Positions 48,396 through 58,235 of a stretch of DNA of 64,000 nt are shown here, in pieces. The position numbers and the translations under genes are program-made. The stretch's first letter is position 1. Each line of letters opens with the position of its first letter. This DNA comes from Hyphomicrobiaceae bacterium (GTDB lineage: Bacteria > Pseudomonadota > Alphaproteobacteria > Rhizobiales > Hyphomicrobiaceae): the NCBI GenBank assembly GCA_965247245.1, contig CBDFGV010000003.1, forward strand, positions 3,218,609 to 3,282,608, given 5' to 3'. The notes beneath the pieces are model-generated. The model was not told where the DNA came from and did no database searches. It saw only the letters and a list, made by a program, of their open reading frames with translations.

Positions 48396-49088
48396 ATGGC
48401 GGACTTCAATCGCGACATCAAGATTGCTCCATCCATTCTCGCTGCCGACTTTGCCAACATGGGCGCAGAGTGTCAGGCGGCGGAAGCACAAGGTGGCGAT
48501 TGGATCCATGTCGACGTCATGGACGGCCACTTCGTGCCCAACATTACCTTTGGCCCGCAGATGTGCGCGGCAATGCGCCCACACATCAAAACGGTCATGG
48601 ACGTGCATCTGATGATTGCGCCAACGGATCCTTACCTGGAGGCGTTTGCGAACGCTGGTGCAGACGTTCTGACGGTTCATGCCGAAGCAGGCCCGCACCT
48701 CCATCGCTCATTGCAGTTCATTCGTTCGCTCGGCAAAAAAGCCGGAGTGGCGCTCAACCCAGCAACATCGGCAACAGCCGTCGAAAATGTGTTGGACATC
48801 ATCGACCTCGTCTGCGTGATGACAGTAAACCCTGGATTTGGTGGACAAAGCTTCATTGCTTCGCAAGTCGACAAGGTCCGCCGCCTCCGTGAAATGATCG
48901 GCGACCGCCCCATTCACATCGAAATCGACGGTGGCATAACACCAGAGACTGCACCGGCAGTTGCGGCTGCGGGTGCAGATGTGTTGGTTGCGGGATCGTC
49001 CGTTTTCAAGGGCGGCTCAGTTGACACTCCAGACGTCTACGGGGCCAACATTCGTGCCATTCGTGAAGCAGTAGCAGGCACCAGTTGA
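48396..49088 (+). CDS. rpe: Ribulose-phosphate 3-epimerase
   Basis: [14 protein letters not shown]..., [16 protein letters not shown] and [11 protein letters not shown] motifs. ORF 48300..49088. ATG at 48396 is 9 nt after GAAGGG. Confidence 0.88.
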   Translation: MADFNRDIKIAPSILAADFANMGAECQAAEAQGGDWIHVDVMDGHFVPNITFGPQMCAAMRPHIKTVMDVHLMIAPTDPYLEAFANAGADVLTVHAEAGPHLHRSLQFIRSLGKKAGVALNPATSATAVENVLDIIDLVCVMTVNPGFGGQSFIASQVDKVRRLREMIGDRPIHIEIDGGITPETAPAVAAAGADVLVAGSSVFKGGSVDTPDVYGANIRAIREAVAGTS

Positions 49089-49094
49089 CCCTGA

Positions 49095-52000
49095 TCAGAC
49101 CGTCAGGCCAGCACGCTCGTCAGCCGCGGCAAGCTCCGCGTCCCTATCAGCTGGATCACCGAGACCGCCCCCACCGGAAATCTCAAGAATAAGCTTGTCG
49201 TCAGCCGCAATAACCTGCGTGCCCTTACCCTTCAGCTCACCACCTGATGCTAGATAGGCTCGACCGGCTTGGCCATCACTGCCGCCCAGCGCACCGCGTG
49301 GCGGATGCTTGATCCGATCAAAAGCCGCCAACAAATCGAACGGTTGCCCGATGCGGCTCGCAATCTCAATCACCTGACCATGACCACCGCGTGTCTTTCC
49401 AACACCACCTGACCCGGGTCGGTACTCCTTGCGCCAGAACAGCAATGGCAAGATCTGCTCGGCAATCTCCACCGGCGTGCCTTTGACGCCTGACGGAAAG
49501 GCAGTCGCTGACAGTCCATCCGCATTCGGTCGCGCCCCGGTTCCGCCATTCGACGTAAAGGTGGTCGCAAAGCCGTAGTTGCCAGTGTCATCGTCCTGCA
49601 ACTTGCCGCGCAGTGTGATGTTCCAGATGCACGATGTCCCCTCAGCGGGTACGCCGTTCGGCAATAGCTGCCGGAGGCAACCAAACACAACATCCGGCAA
49701 CATCTGTCCCGTCACGTGACGCACGAGAACCGCAGCTGGTTTCTCGGGGTTAAGCAAAGAGCCTACTGGTGCAGTCACGGTGAATGGCGCAAGCGACCCA
49801 GCATTGTTCGGAACGTCCGGCGCCAAGGCGCATCCCAGACCAAACACTGTGTAAGCCGTCGTGTAGGCAAGCGGGACGTTGACACCGCGAGGCTGAACAG
49901 GACTCGTCCCGGCATAGTCAATTGTGATGCTATCGCCCTGCTTCTTGAGCGTTGCAGCCAGCTTGATTTCTGACTCGTAACCATCCGCCATCATCTCGTA
50001 AGACCACTCGCCGTCCGGCAGCTCTGCAACGCGCGCACGAACAGCCGCTTCGGATCGATCACAAATATAACTAGCGAGATCATCCAGCGACGACAGGCGG
50101 AACTCATCCATCATTTCGACAAGGTAACGACAGCCAACTTCGTTGCAGTTCGCCAGTGAATACACATCTCCGACGGTATCAACCGGCAGACGAGTATTGG
50201 CACGGATCATTTCAATGAGCGTGTGGTTGACTTCGCCGCGATCAAACAATTTCAGGAATGGTATGTGCAGCCCTTCCATGAAAACATCGGTCGCATCAGG
50301 ACTGAAACCAATGCCTCCAATATCCATCAAGTGACTTGTACATGAGAACAAGCCCACCAATTCGCCGTTACGAAAAACCGGTGTCGTGACAACGAAGTCG
50401 TTTGTATGTCCGGTTCCCTTCCAGGGATCATTGGTGATGTAGGCATCACCGTCACGCATGTTCTCCAAGCCGAAATGCGCGATGAAGTGTTTGACGGACT
50501 CGGCCATCGAGTTGACGTGGCCGGGCGTGCCGGTGACGGCCTGCGCTAACATGCGGCCCTGCCGGTCAAAGATGCCAGCTGAGAGATCACCAGCCTCACG
50601 TACGATCGGCGAAAAGGCGGTTCGCAAAAGCACTTGAGCCTGCTCTTCAACCACCGCTATCAAGCGATTCCACATAATCTGCAGGGCGATTTCGCTCGGC
50701 TGCTCCGAATGACTGGTCGGCTCATCTCGGGTCGCACCGTCACCGGCTACAAGAACCAAAGCCCCATCTGCATCAATCGTCACATCAAAGCCAACCGGAA
50801 TGACGGTTGATGTGCCATCCTCGGTGACAATACAGGGACCTTCGAGCGCCTGTCCCGTTGCAAGTGACTGTCGCGCATACAGCGGGATCTCTGCATGTCC
50901 CCGTCCTTCCGAGTACACGCGTCTGGTCCCAAACGCATGCGCTCGCTCACCACCTCGTAATGGCTTTGGAAGCTGCTCAAGAGCGGGCTGTCTGGCACTG
51001 ACCAGCACGGACCAACTCATCAGCTCTATGCGCGCATCCGGGATATGCCGTGCGAACAAGCGGTCATACTCAGCCTCAAAGTCCTGACGCAATTTCGCAC
51101 CCGCATTGCCACCAAGAGGGCCGTCCGGCAGCGTTACAGCAACTTCGTGGCCTTGACCCGCATAACGTGCGAAGACCTGACGGTGAACATGAAGGCGGTC
51201 GGCACCAGCTGCCGAGCCTGCCAGCTCCGTCGCCTCCCTTGTCAGCTCATCGAGCATCGCATTGACGCCCGAGGCATCAAACGCATCCAACTTTACATAG
51301 TGCGAGCGCACGATTTCAAACGCTGCCGGCGCCTGCAGAAAACCGATAGCCGAACCGACACCAGCATCTTTTGGAATGACGATCTTGGAGATCCCGAGTT
51401 TTTCAGCCAGACGGCAGGCATGCAAGGGCGCTGCTCCACCGAAGGCAATCAGCGTTCGGCCGGCAATATCGATACCGCGTTCAACAGCGTGCACGCGCGC
51501 TGCGTTGACCATGTTCTCATCAACGATCTCATTCACTGCACTGGCGGCTGCCTCAAGCGAGCAGCCAAGCGGGTGACCAACAGCTTCCTTAAGCGCGCTC
51601 TCCGATCTGGCCCTATCCAGCATGATTGAGCCACCAGCAAATGCATCAGGATCGATATGACCAAGTACAACATCGGCATCTGTCACCGCGGGTTGCGTGC
51701 CGCCTCGACCGTAACAGGCTGGTCCGGGATTAGAGCCCGCACTTTCCGGCCCAACCCGCACCCGACTAAGAGCATCAACATGTGCCAGCGAACCGCCGCC
51801 AGCGCCGATTTCAATCATCTCAATGACAGGAATGCGAACCGGCAGACCACTCCCTTTCATGAATCGCGCGGAACGGTCCACCTCAAAACTGCGTGCCTTG
51901 AGTGGATCACCATTTTCAATCAAACAGATTTTTGCGGTCGTTCCGCCCATATCGAACGACAGGACCTGCTCCTCACCGCGCTCTGCTGCCAATTGGGCGG

Positions 52001-52817
52001 CAAGGATCGCTCCGCCAGCCGGACCGGACTCAACAAGGCGGATAGGGAAACGCGCCGCCGTGTCCACGCCAGTCAATGTCCCACCGGATGTCATGAGATG
52101 CATGGGTGCCGATGCACCGAGTTCAGATAGGCGCGTCTTTAGGCGCCCGAGATAACCGGCCATCAATGGTTGTACGTAGGCATTGGCGACGGCAGTGGAA
52201 GTGCGCTCATACTCACGCACTTCAGGACAGACCTCACTGGATATCGTAACAGCGACGCCGGGCAACTCCTCAATCAGGATCTCTCTCGTCCGAACCTCAT
52301 GGTTCGGATAGGCGTAGGCATGCATGAAGGCGACCGCCACGGCCTCGACCTGCTGCTGCTTGAGTTGGCGTGCAGCCTGCCTGACACCATCCTCGTCAAG
52401 CGCGACCTGAACCTGGCCAGTTACGTCAGTTCGTTCTTTAACCGTCAAACGAAGCTCGCGCGGCACAAGTGGTTTTGGCTTCTCGATGAAAACGTCGTAC
52501 TGGTCGAAACGACTTTCGTCGGCAATCTCCAACGTATCTCTGAAGCCTTCCGTTGCAATCAAGGCCGTCTTGGCGCCCTTGCGTTCGATGATCGCGTTCG
52601 TCGCAAGTGTTGTGCCGTGAACGATTTGTGCAAGATCGGAAAATCCGATTCCTGCCTCATCCAGTACGATCTCGGCACCTTCAATCAGGGCCCGCTCCGG
52701 CGCATCGGTCGAGGTGAGAACCTTGGTGGTGAAGCGCCGGCCATTAAACTCAAGCGCCAGATCTGTGAACGTGCCGCCGATGTCAGCAGCGAGCCTTGCC
52801 GTATGCTTTGCAGTCAT
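49095..52817 (-). CDS. Fused hydantoinase/oxoprolinase family protein (HyuA-HyuB fusion; 5-oxoprolinase-like)
   Basis: N-terminal half matches hydantoinase A (AADIGGTFTDLAL). C-terminal half matches hydantoinase B (MWNRLIAVVEEQAQVLLRTAFSPIVREAGDLSAGIFD). ORF starts TTG at 52865 and the ATG is at 52817 (MTAKH...). Confidence 0.88.
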   Translation of the reverse strand: MTAKHTARLAADIGGTFTDLALEFNGRRFTTKVLTSTDAPERALIEGAEIVLDEAGIGFSDLAQIVHGTTLATNAIIERKGAKTALIATEGFRDTLEIADESRFDQYDVFIEKPKPLVPRELRLTVKERTDVTGQVQVALDEDGVRQAARQLKQQQVEAVAVAFMHAYAYPNHEVRTREILIEELPGVAVTISSEVCPEVREYERTSTAVANAYVQPLMAGYLGRLKTRLSELGASAPMHLMTSGGTLTGVDTAARFPIRLVESGPAGGAILAAQLAAERGEEQVLSFDMGGTTAKICLIENGDPLKARSFEVDRSARFMKGSGLPVRIPVIEMIEIGAGGGSLAHVDALSRVRVGPESAGSNPGPACYGRGGTQPAVTDADVVLGHIDPDAFAGGSIMLDRARSESALKEAVGHPLGCSLEAAASAVNEIVDENMVNAARVHAVERGIDIAGRTLIAFGGAAPLHACRLAEKLGISKIVIPKDAGVGSAIGFLQAPAAFEIVRSHYVKLDAFDASGVNAMLDELTREATELAGSAAGADRLHVHRQVFARYAGQGHEVAVTLPDGPLGGNAGAKLRQDFEAEYDRLFARHIPDARIELMSWSVLVSARQPALEQLPKPLRGGERAHAFGTRRVYSEGRGHAEIPLYARQSLATGQALEGPCIVTEDGTSTVIPVGFDVTIDADGALVLVAGDGATRDEPTSHSEQPSEIALQIMWNRLIAVVEEQAQVLLRTAFSPIVREAGDLSAGIFDRQGRMLAQAVTGTPGHVNSMAESVKHFIAHFGLENMRDGDAYITNDPWKGTGHTNDFVVTTPVFRNGELVGLFSCTSHLMDIGGIGFSPDATDVFMEGLHIPFLKLFDRGEVNHTLIEMIRANTRLPVDTVGDVYSLANCNEVGCRYLVEMMDEFRLSSLDDLASYICDRSEAAVRARVAELPDGEWSYEMMADGYESEIKLAATLKKQGDSITIDYAGTSPVQPRGVNVPLAYTTAYTVFGLGCALAPDVPNNAGSLAPFTVTAPVGSLLNPEKPAAVLVRHVTGQMLPDVVFGCLRQLLPNGVPAEGTSCIWNITLRGKLQDDDTGNYGFATTFTSNGGTGARPNADGLSATAFPSGVKGTPVEIAEQILPLLFWRKEYRPGSGGVGKTRGGHGQVIEIASRIGQPFDLLAAFDRIKHPPRGALGGSDGQAGRAYLASGGELKGKGTQVIAADDKLILEISGGGGLGDPADRDAELAAADERAGLTV

Positions 52818-53039
52818 TTTCCAAATCGCATGTGTAGGGAGTTGACGAAAGAGCGTGTCGATCAATTAACACTTATACGAAACAGCTCACGTTATGGCGA
52901 CGCCCGGCAGCCGTCTTTCATCCTCAGACCCGCGCCCGTGGTACAGCCACGCCCCATAATTGCGCAGGCTGATAATATTTTCATCATTAATTTCAACAAA
53001 CTAGAGGCGAATTGCCGTATCTAGGTATTGAAATATATC

Positions 53040-53068
53040 CATTTGAATACATATGAATACATATGATG
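53040..53068. repeat. Tandem direct repeat (GAATACATAT x2, embedded CATATG palindromes) in the promoter region of the RHH-pspA-yqiJK operon
   Basis: tccatttGAATACATATGAATACATATGatg lies ~30-60 nt upstream of the ATG at 53098 in an AT-rich spacer. Confidence 0.4.
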
Positions 53069-53097
53069 TTAAAACAAGACACGGGGGGTGATAGCGC

Positions 53098-53619
53098 ATG
53101 TCCGGAAAGACAGTCCCGCTGTCAGTGCGCGTTAGCGATGATGATGCAGTGTTCTTGGCAGGTCTGGAGATCGACGATGCGGTGACGCCGTCGGAGAAGC
53201 TCCGCGCCATTCTCCAAGACGCGCGCCGCCGCAATACCGGCCTTAAGGACGCGTCTGAGGGTGGCCTGCTGATGCGTGAAATGGCGACGCCGGCACGCCG
53301 TAACGTCAGGCGGCTCGAAGGGCAGCTTCGGCAAAAGTCGGACCTCGTTTTGAAACTGTACGAAAGGGTACCCGATATCATGGCTCGCCTGATCGCAGGC
53401 CCTGAAGTCAGCGACGATCCCGATAGCCTGCTCCAATTCGAGAAGGAACTGACCGATCAGATCGCGGTTCTTCTGAAGGACTTCATTGCACTTGGACTGA
53501 CATCCCCGGTCCGCGTTTACACGGAAGACAATTTTCGCAGCGAGATGAAACCAGTGATCGAGCTGGTTGAACTACTGCGCCATCACCAACGAGTACAGAG
53601 AGGAGAAAGTAATGAGTGA
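53098..53619 (+). CDS. Hypothetical protein with N-terminal ribbon-helix-helix-like motif
   Basis: N-terminus KTVPLSVRVSDDDAVFLAGLEIDDAVTPSEKLRAILQDARRR fits a beta-strand/helix/helix RHH pattern. Rest is helical. RBS CGGGGGGTGA. 8-nt overlap with the pspA-like start. Confidence 0.5.
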   Translation: MSGKTVPLSVRVSDDDAVFLAGLEIDDAVTPSEKLRAILQDARRRNTGLKDASEGGLLMREMATPARRNVRRLEGQLRQKSDLVLKLYERVPDIMARLIAGPEVSDDPDSLLQFEKELTDQIAVLLKDFIALGLTSPVRVYTEDNFRSEMKPVIELVELLRHHQRVQRGESNE

Positions 53620-54295
53620 AGGACTAGTGTCACGCGTTCAGCGGCTTGTGACAGGAAGCGTAAGCGACTTTGTCGACACGATCGAAAACGCAGCACCGGA
53701 GACAGTCATGCGCGAATCCATTCGCGAGATTGACCGTGCAGCTGATGATGTCCGACAAGAACTCGGACGGGCCATCGCCGACAGGCACAACGCCAACAAG
53801 CGCCTGATGGAGGCTACGTCGAAACATGAAGACCTAGCCGAGAAGGCCAGGTTTGCACTTGAGCAAGGCCGCGATGATCTGGCGAAAGCCGCCATTGCCC
53901 GCCAGCTCGACATGGAAGCGCAGATTCCCATTCTCGAGGCATCGCTGAAAGAGGTCGCGGCCGAGCAAGGCGAGCTTGAAGGTTACGTATCCGCCTTGCT
54001 GGCACGTCGACGCGAAATGGAATCAGATTTGGAAACCTATCTGGAGTCACGCGCGACTGCTTCAAGAAACGGTGGTGAAGAGCCAGGTCTGGTCAAAACA
54101 CAAAAGTTAAGCGCCGAGAAAAAAGCGACCAAGGCAGAAAACGCATTCAACCGCGTCTTAAAAAGCGCGAGCGGTCTTGCCGCCACGTCACCGGCAGACA
54201 CCGAAACCGCTGCCAAACTAGCAGAACTAGAGAGCGTAACGCGCGATCACCGCGTGGAAGAACGTCTGGCAGCTTTGAAAGCAATAAGGGAATAA
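53612..54295 (+). CDS. pspA: PspA/IM30 family protein (phage-shock protein A-like)
   Basis: 227-aa coiled-coil protein. N-terminus MSEGLVSRVQRLVTGSVSDFVDTIENAAPETVMRESIREIDRAADDVRQELGRAIADRHNANKRLMEA matches the PspA/Vipp1 helix alpha1-alpha2 pattern. Excellent RBS AGGAGAAAGTA. Confidence 0.8.
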   Translation: MSEGLVSRVQRLVTGSVSDFVDTIENAAPETVMRESIREIDRAADDVRQELGRAIADRHNANKRLMEATSKHEDLAEKARFALEQGRDDLAKAAIARQLDMEAQIPILEASLKEVAAEQGELEGYVSALLARRREMESDLETYLESRATASRNGGEEPGLVKTQKLSAEKKATKAENAFNRVLKSASGLAATSPADTETAAKLAELESVTRDHRVEERLAALKAIRE

Positions 54296-54299
54296 GTTC

Positions 54300-54986
54300 A
54301 TGTTTGAGGGTATGCTGACCCCGGCCCTCGCTCCATTCTCGATCGCATTGGGCATCATGTTGCTCATTGCCTTGACGGAAGCGATGGGCACCGTGTTCGG
54401 CATCTCTCCTTCCGGGTTATTCGATCAATTTTTCCCGGATGTGGATGTTGATGCCGACTTAGAGATGGCAGCTGACGCCGAAGCGTCGGTCGAGCCGTCA
54501 GGCTTGTTGTCGTCCGTTCTCGGCTGGCTATGCATCGGAAAAGTTCCCGTTCTGGTTTTGCTTGTCGCATTCCTGACAGCGTTCGGTCTCTCAGGCATCA
54601 TGTTGCAGAGCATTGCGAAATCTACGATTGGATTTCATTTTCCGTCGGTTATCGCTGCCATTATTGCACTTTTCCTAGCGTTGCCGCCGACAAGATGGCT
54701 CGCAATAGGCTTGGCCAATGTCATGCCCAAGGAAGAGTCTGAAGCTGTCTCGACAAAAACCTTTGTTGGAAAGGTCGCCACAATCACACGTGGCATCGCC
54801 AAGGAAGGTGTCCCTGCAGAGGCCAAGCTAAGAGATGTGCACGGCCAAATGCATTACGTGCTCGTCGAACCGGATGTGGCTGATGACGAATTTCCGCAAG
54901 GATCAGAAGTCCTTTTGACCAGCCAATCCAGCGCGATCCGGTTCAGAGCGATTCTGAACATAAATGCGCTGATGTCGAAGACTTAG
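54300..54986 (+). CDS. yqiJ: YqiJ-family (DUF1449, NfeD-like) inner-membrane protein
   Basis: Two TM regions, an acidic loop and a C-terminal OB-like soluble domain (FVGKVATITRGIAKEGVPAEAKLRDVHGQMHYVLVEP). Immediately upstream of a flotillin gene, as in yqiJK. Confidence 0.6.
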   Translation: MFEGMLTPALAPFSIALGIMLLIALTEAMGTVFGISPSGLFDQFFPDVDVDADLEMAADAEASVEPSGLLSSVLGWLCIGKVPVLVLLVAFLTAFGLSGIMLQSIAKSTIGFHFPSVIAAIIALFLALPPTRWLAIGLANVMPKEESEAVSTKTFVGKVATITRGIAKEGVPAEAKLRDVHGQMHYVLVEPDVADDEFPQGSEVLLTSQSSAIRFRAILNINALMSKT

Positions 54987-55002
54987 AGTTTAGGAGTTTG
55001 AA

Positions 55003-56853
55003 ATGATTACCAATGCAACGGAGGCCGGCGGACTAGGTCTCACCGGCATTCTTATTATAGCGGCCTTGATATTCGTCGCATTGATGACGATCGGCATGAT
55101 TTTCGCGCGACTCTATCGTCGCTCTTCAAAAGAAGTGTCCTTCGTTCGAACAGGCTTTGGTGGCCAGCAAGTCATTATGAATGGTGGCGCGCTCGTCCTG
55201 CCGGTTCTACACGAAATGATCCCGGTCAACATGAACACGTTGCGCCTCGAAGTACGTCGCGCCCATGAGCAGGCCTTGATCACCAAGGATCGGATGCGTG
55301 TTGACGTGCAAGCCGAGTTTTATGTCCGGGTCCAGCCAACTATTGAGTCGATTGCCAATGCAGCGCAGACCCTTGGTCGTCGGACTATGACTCCGGATGC
55401 CTTGAAAGAGCTGATCGAAGGCAAGTTCGTTGATTCACTCCGCGCAGTAGCTGCCGAGATGGCAATGGAAGAACTTCACGAGCAGCGCGTCTCCTTTGTC
55501 CAGAAGGTGCAGGCCGCTGTCTCAGAAGACATCCTCAAGAATGGTCTAGAGCTCGAATCCGTCTCACTTACCGGGCTAGACCAAACGAACAAGGAGTATT
55601 TCAATCCGGACAACGCCTTTGACGCTGAAGGTCTGACCAAACTCACTCAGGAGATCGAGGAGCGTCGTAAGAAGCGCAACGATATCGAGCAGGAAACCGA
55701 GGTTCTCATTCAACGCAAGAACCTTGATGCCGAGCAACAACGACTGCTGATTTCGCGTGACCAGGAATATGCGCGCCTTGAGCAGCAGCGCGAAGTTGAA
55801 GTGCGCAAAGCCGACCAGGTTGCCCAGATTGCACGTGAACAGGCCCAGCGCGAGTACGAAGCAGAGCAGGCCAAAATTGAGGCTGGCCGACAAACCAAAG
55901 AAGCGAGCATTGAAGCTGACAAGGTTGTCGCCGAGCGCCAGATCGAGAAAGATCGATTGGTACGCGAGCAAGAGATTGCAAAAGAGCAGTCTGTTGAAGC
56001 GGCAGCGGTCGAGAAGGCCAAGCAAATTTCGCTCGCCGAACAAGGCCGTGATATCGCGGTTGCTGAGAAGTCCCGCGAGAAGTCTGAGGCGGATGCTGCA
56101 GCCGACGCTGCACGCGCGATTGCTGTAAAGGCAGAAGAGGCCGTTGTTACGTCACGACACACTGAGGTTGCGGAACGTGAAAAGCAGATCGAACTGATCG
56201 AAGCGCAAAAGGTTGCTGAACAACAAGCCATTGCAATCAAGGTTTCAGCCGAAACCGATAAGCTGGCTGCAATCGACAAAGCTGAGGCAGTGCGCATTGC
56301 TGCCGATGCAGAAGCTGAGAAGGAACGTATTGCAGCGGCTGCAGATGCTGATGCAGCCAAGGCTCATGCCGACGGTCAGCGTGCCGTCTATGAGGTTGAG
56401 GCGGAAGGCAAGCGCGCCGTCAACGAGGCGTCGAACATTCTGTCTCCAGAGCAGATCGCTATGCAGATCAAGCTTGAGCTGATCAAGGCGCTGCCTGAGA
56501 TCATTGCTCAGTCAGTCAAGCCGATGCAATCGATCGATGGCATCAAGATCGTGCAGGTTGACGGCCTCAATGGTTCGGGAACTGCCAACGCTCATAACGG
56601 TGATGGCTCGAGCACAGCGGCAGGCGCAGGTGGCTCAGGCAACAGCCTCCCTGACCAGGCAGTCGCCGCAGCACTTCGCTATCGGACACAAGCGCCTTTG
56701 CTGGATAGCCTGCTGAACGAAGTCGGCCTCGACGGCAACAGCCTTGCGGGGCTCACTGGTGCCGCCACCGAAGCGCTTGCAAACGGTTCCTTAGCCAAAG
56801 GGGGTGACAAGAGCTCAGAAGGCACTGTGCAAAATGGCAGAATGGACGGATAA
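55003..56853 (+). CDS. yqiK: Flotillin-family SPFH protein (YqiK-like)
   Basis: N-terminal TM, SPFH domain (VSFVRTGFGGQQVIMNGGALVLPVLHEMIPVNMNTLRLEV) and ~350 aa of EA-rich coiled-coil flotillin repeats. Confidence 0.88.
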   Translation: MITNATEAGGLGLTGILIIAALIFVALMTIGMIFARLYRRSSKEVSFVRTGFGGQQVIMNGGALVLPVLHEMIPVNMNTLRLEVRRAHEQALITKDRMRVDVQAEFYVRVQPTIESIANAAQTLGRRTMTPDALKELIEGKFVDSLRAVAAEMAMEELHEQRVSFVQKVQAAVSEDILKNGLELESVSLTGLDQTNKEYFNPDNAFDAEGLTKLTQEIEERRKKRNDIEQETEVLIQRKNLDAEQQRLLISRDQEYARLEQQREVEVRKADQVAQIAREQAQREYEAEQAKIEAGRQTKEASIEADKVVAERQIEKDRLVREQEIAKEQSVEAAAVEKAKQISLAEQGRDIAVAEKSREKSEADAAADAARAIAVKAEEAVVTSRHTEVAEREKQIELIEAQKVAEQQAIAIKVSAETDKLAAIDKAEAVRIAADAEAEKERIAAAADADAAKAHADGQRAVYEVEAEGKRAVNEASNILSPEQIAMQIKLELIKALPEIIAQSVKPMQSIDGIKIVQVDGLNGSGTANAHNGDGSSTAAGAGGSGNSLPDQAVAAALRYRTQAPLLDSLLNEVGLDGNSLAGLTGAATEALANGSLAKGGDKSSEGTVQNGRMDG

Positions 56854-56980
56854 TGCGTCCGATGAATGAGTAAAAAGCGAGCGGCCGGTTTCTCGAGACA
56901 TTCTTGAAATCGGCCGATTGCAACGATAAGCAGGGCATTGAAAACCTGCGCGAAGCGATTCTATCTCCCCATGGGTCCCC

Positions 56981-58141
56981 ATGACCGACTTTGATCTTAG
57001 TCAGGAATTCATTGCCCGGGTTGAGCTCCCAGGCACCTCGGCTGCCTTTCCAGACATACGGTATTCAAGTGAAAGCGATACCTCCGCCGGGCTCTATTCC
57101 CGCGCTGGATGGTTTCCGACAACAGTAGCTGCAGCGCCTAAGAACATCTACGTCCTCTTCGTTGGAACCGCCGAGGCCATCGAAAAACACAAGCCAGCCA
57201 TTGCCGATGTCCGCGCTCGAGGTAATGACATCCTGGTCTTCGAGTTCGCCGGCCAGGGGGCAAGCGGTCGGTTTTTGCCGGATCCTCGCAAGGTGCACGC
57301 GATGCCGGATGGATTCGACATGTGGACCAACAGCCTCAGAGAGTTCCTACGCAGCGATCTCTTCCGTGCTGTCCGTCAACGCGGCTACGACCACAACGCT
57401 GGCGTCGTCGCCTTGCCTTACTCCCTCGGCGGCCACATGTTCGCACGGCTCATGCAGGAAGCGCCGGCGTTCAGCCGCCGGTTCACACGCATCGTCTACG
57501 TCAATCCGGTCGTTGCTATGAACTCTGCTGGCAGCATGATGATGCGCCTTGTCCAGCAAATGTCAGCTTGGCTGTCGGTTAGCAAGCCCGGCAAGTCCGA
57601 AGACTTTGTTCCAGGCCATGGCCGCTTTCATCCGGGTGACAGGCCGCTTGAGAAAAGTAGCATCGGCAGTGACCGCGAACGCCATGAGTGGATTTGCAGG
57701 TTCTATCACGAGAACGAGCATCTCGCGATGTGGGGCATGACCTATGGTTGGTTCCACGAGGCCAATCGTTCACTGACCAAGATGTGGGACATCATCATCG
57801 ACGGCGAGGCCAAGAACCCATTCTTCGCGTTCTGGAGCAAGGCGCGGGACAAAGACATCCCCCGCAAGAACGAGACCCGGGTCCCGACACTCGTGATCTC
57901 ATCTCACAACGACACCATCGTGATTGCTCATTACGTTCAGCGTTTCGCAAAATACATTGGCGCCGACATCTTGCACTTGCCTCGCGCAAAGCATGAGCCA
58001 TCTCAGGAACCACCCCCTATCCGGGAAAGCACCTTTGATGCCGTTGCTGCCTGGGTTGCCGATCCCGCAGATCCCCAATTGCCAGCAACATCTGACATTC
58101 GCCTGTCGAAAAATAAGCGTTCAAGCGTAGCTGGCCAGTAA
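56981..58141 (+). CDS. Alpha/beta-hydrolase fold protein (putative lipase/esterase), hypothetical
   Basis: Nucleophile-elbow-like LPYSLGGHMF and overall a/b-hydrolase architecture. No specific family assignment. Confidence 0.5.
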   Translation: MTDFDLSQEFIARVELPGTSAAFPDIRYSSESDTSAGLYSRAGWFPTTVAAAPKNIYVLFVGTAEAIEKHKPAIADVRARGNDILVFEFAGQGASGRFLPDPRKVHAMPDGFDMWTNSLREFLRSDLFRAVRQRGYDHNAGVVALPYSLGGHMFARLMQEAPAFSRRFTRIVYVNPVVAMNSAGSMMMRLVQQMSAWLSVSKPGKSEDFVPGHGRFHPGDRPLEKSSIGSDRERHEWICRFYHENEHLAMWGMTYGWFHEANRSLTKMWDIIIDGEAKNPFFAFWSKARDKDIPRKNETRVPTLVISSHNDTIVIAHYVQRFAKYIGADILHLPRAKHEPSQEPPPIRESTFDAVAAWVADPADPQLPATSDIRLSKNKRSSVAGQ

Positions 58142-58235
58142 CATCAAAATTCCGCCCCGCTTCAAAGGCAACAAGACTTATCGATCACCCTATGCCAATC
58201 CGACGGCCCACACGTAGACATCAGAAGCGCAAAAA

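Noticed and set aside
52170-53024. 284-aa plus-strand ORF
   Set aside because: It is antisense to the N-terminal part of the hydantoinase/oxoprolinase gene and extends into the intergenic region. It has no RBS and no homology and is typical of high-GC antisense open frames.
55576-56360. Three long minus-strand ORFs (155-216 aa) inside the flotillin gene
   Set aside because: They are antisense to the EA-rich coiled-coil repeats (GCN-rich), which makes both strands stop-poor. The sense frame has the strong flotillin match.
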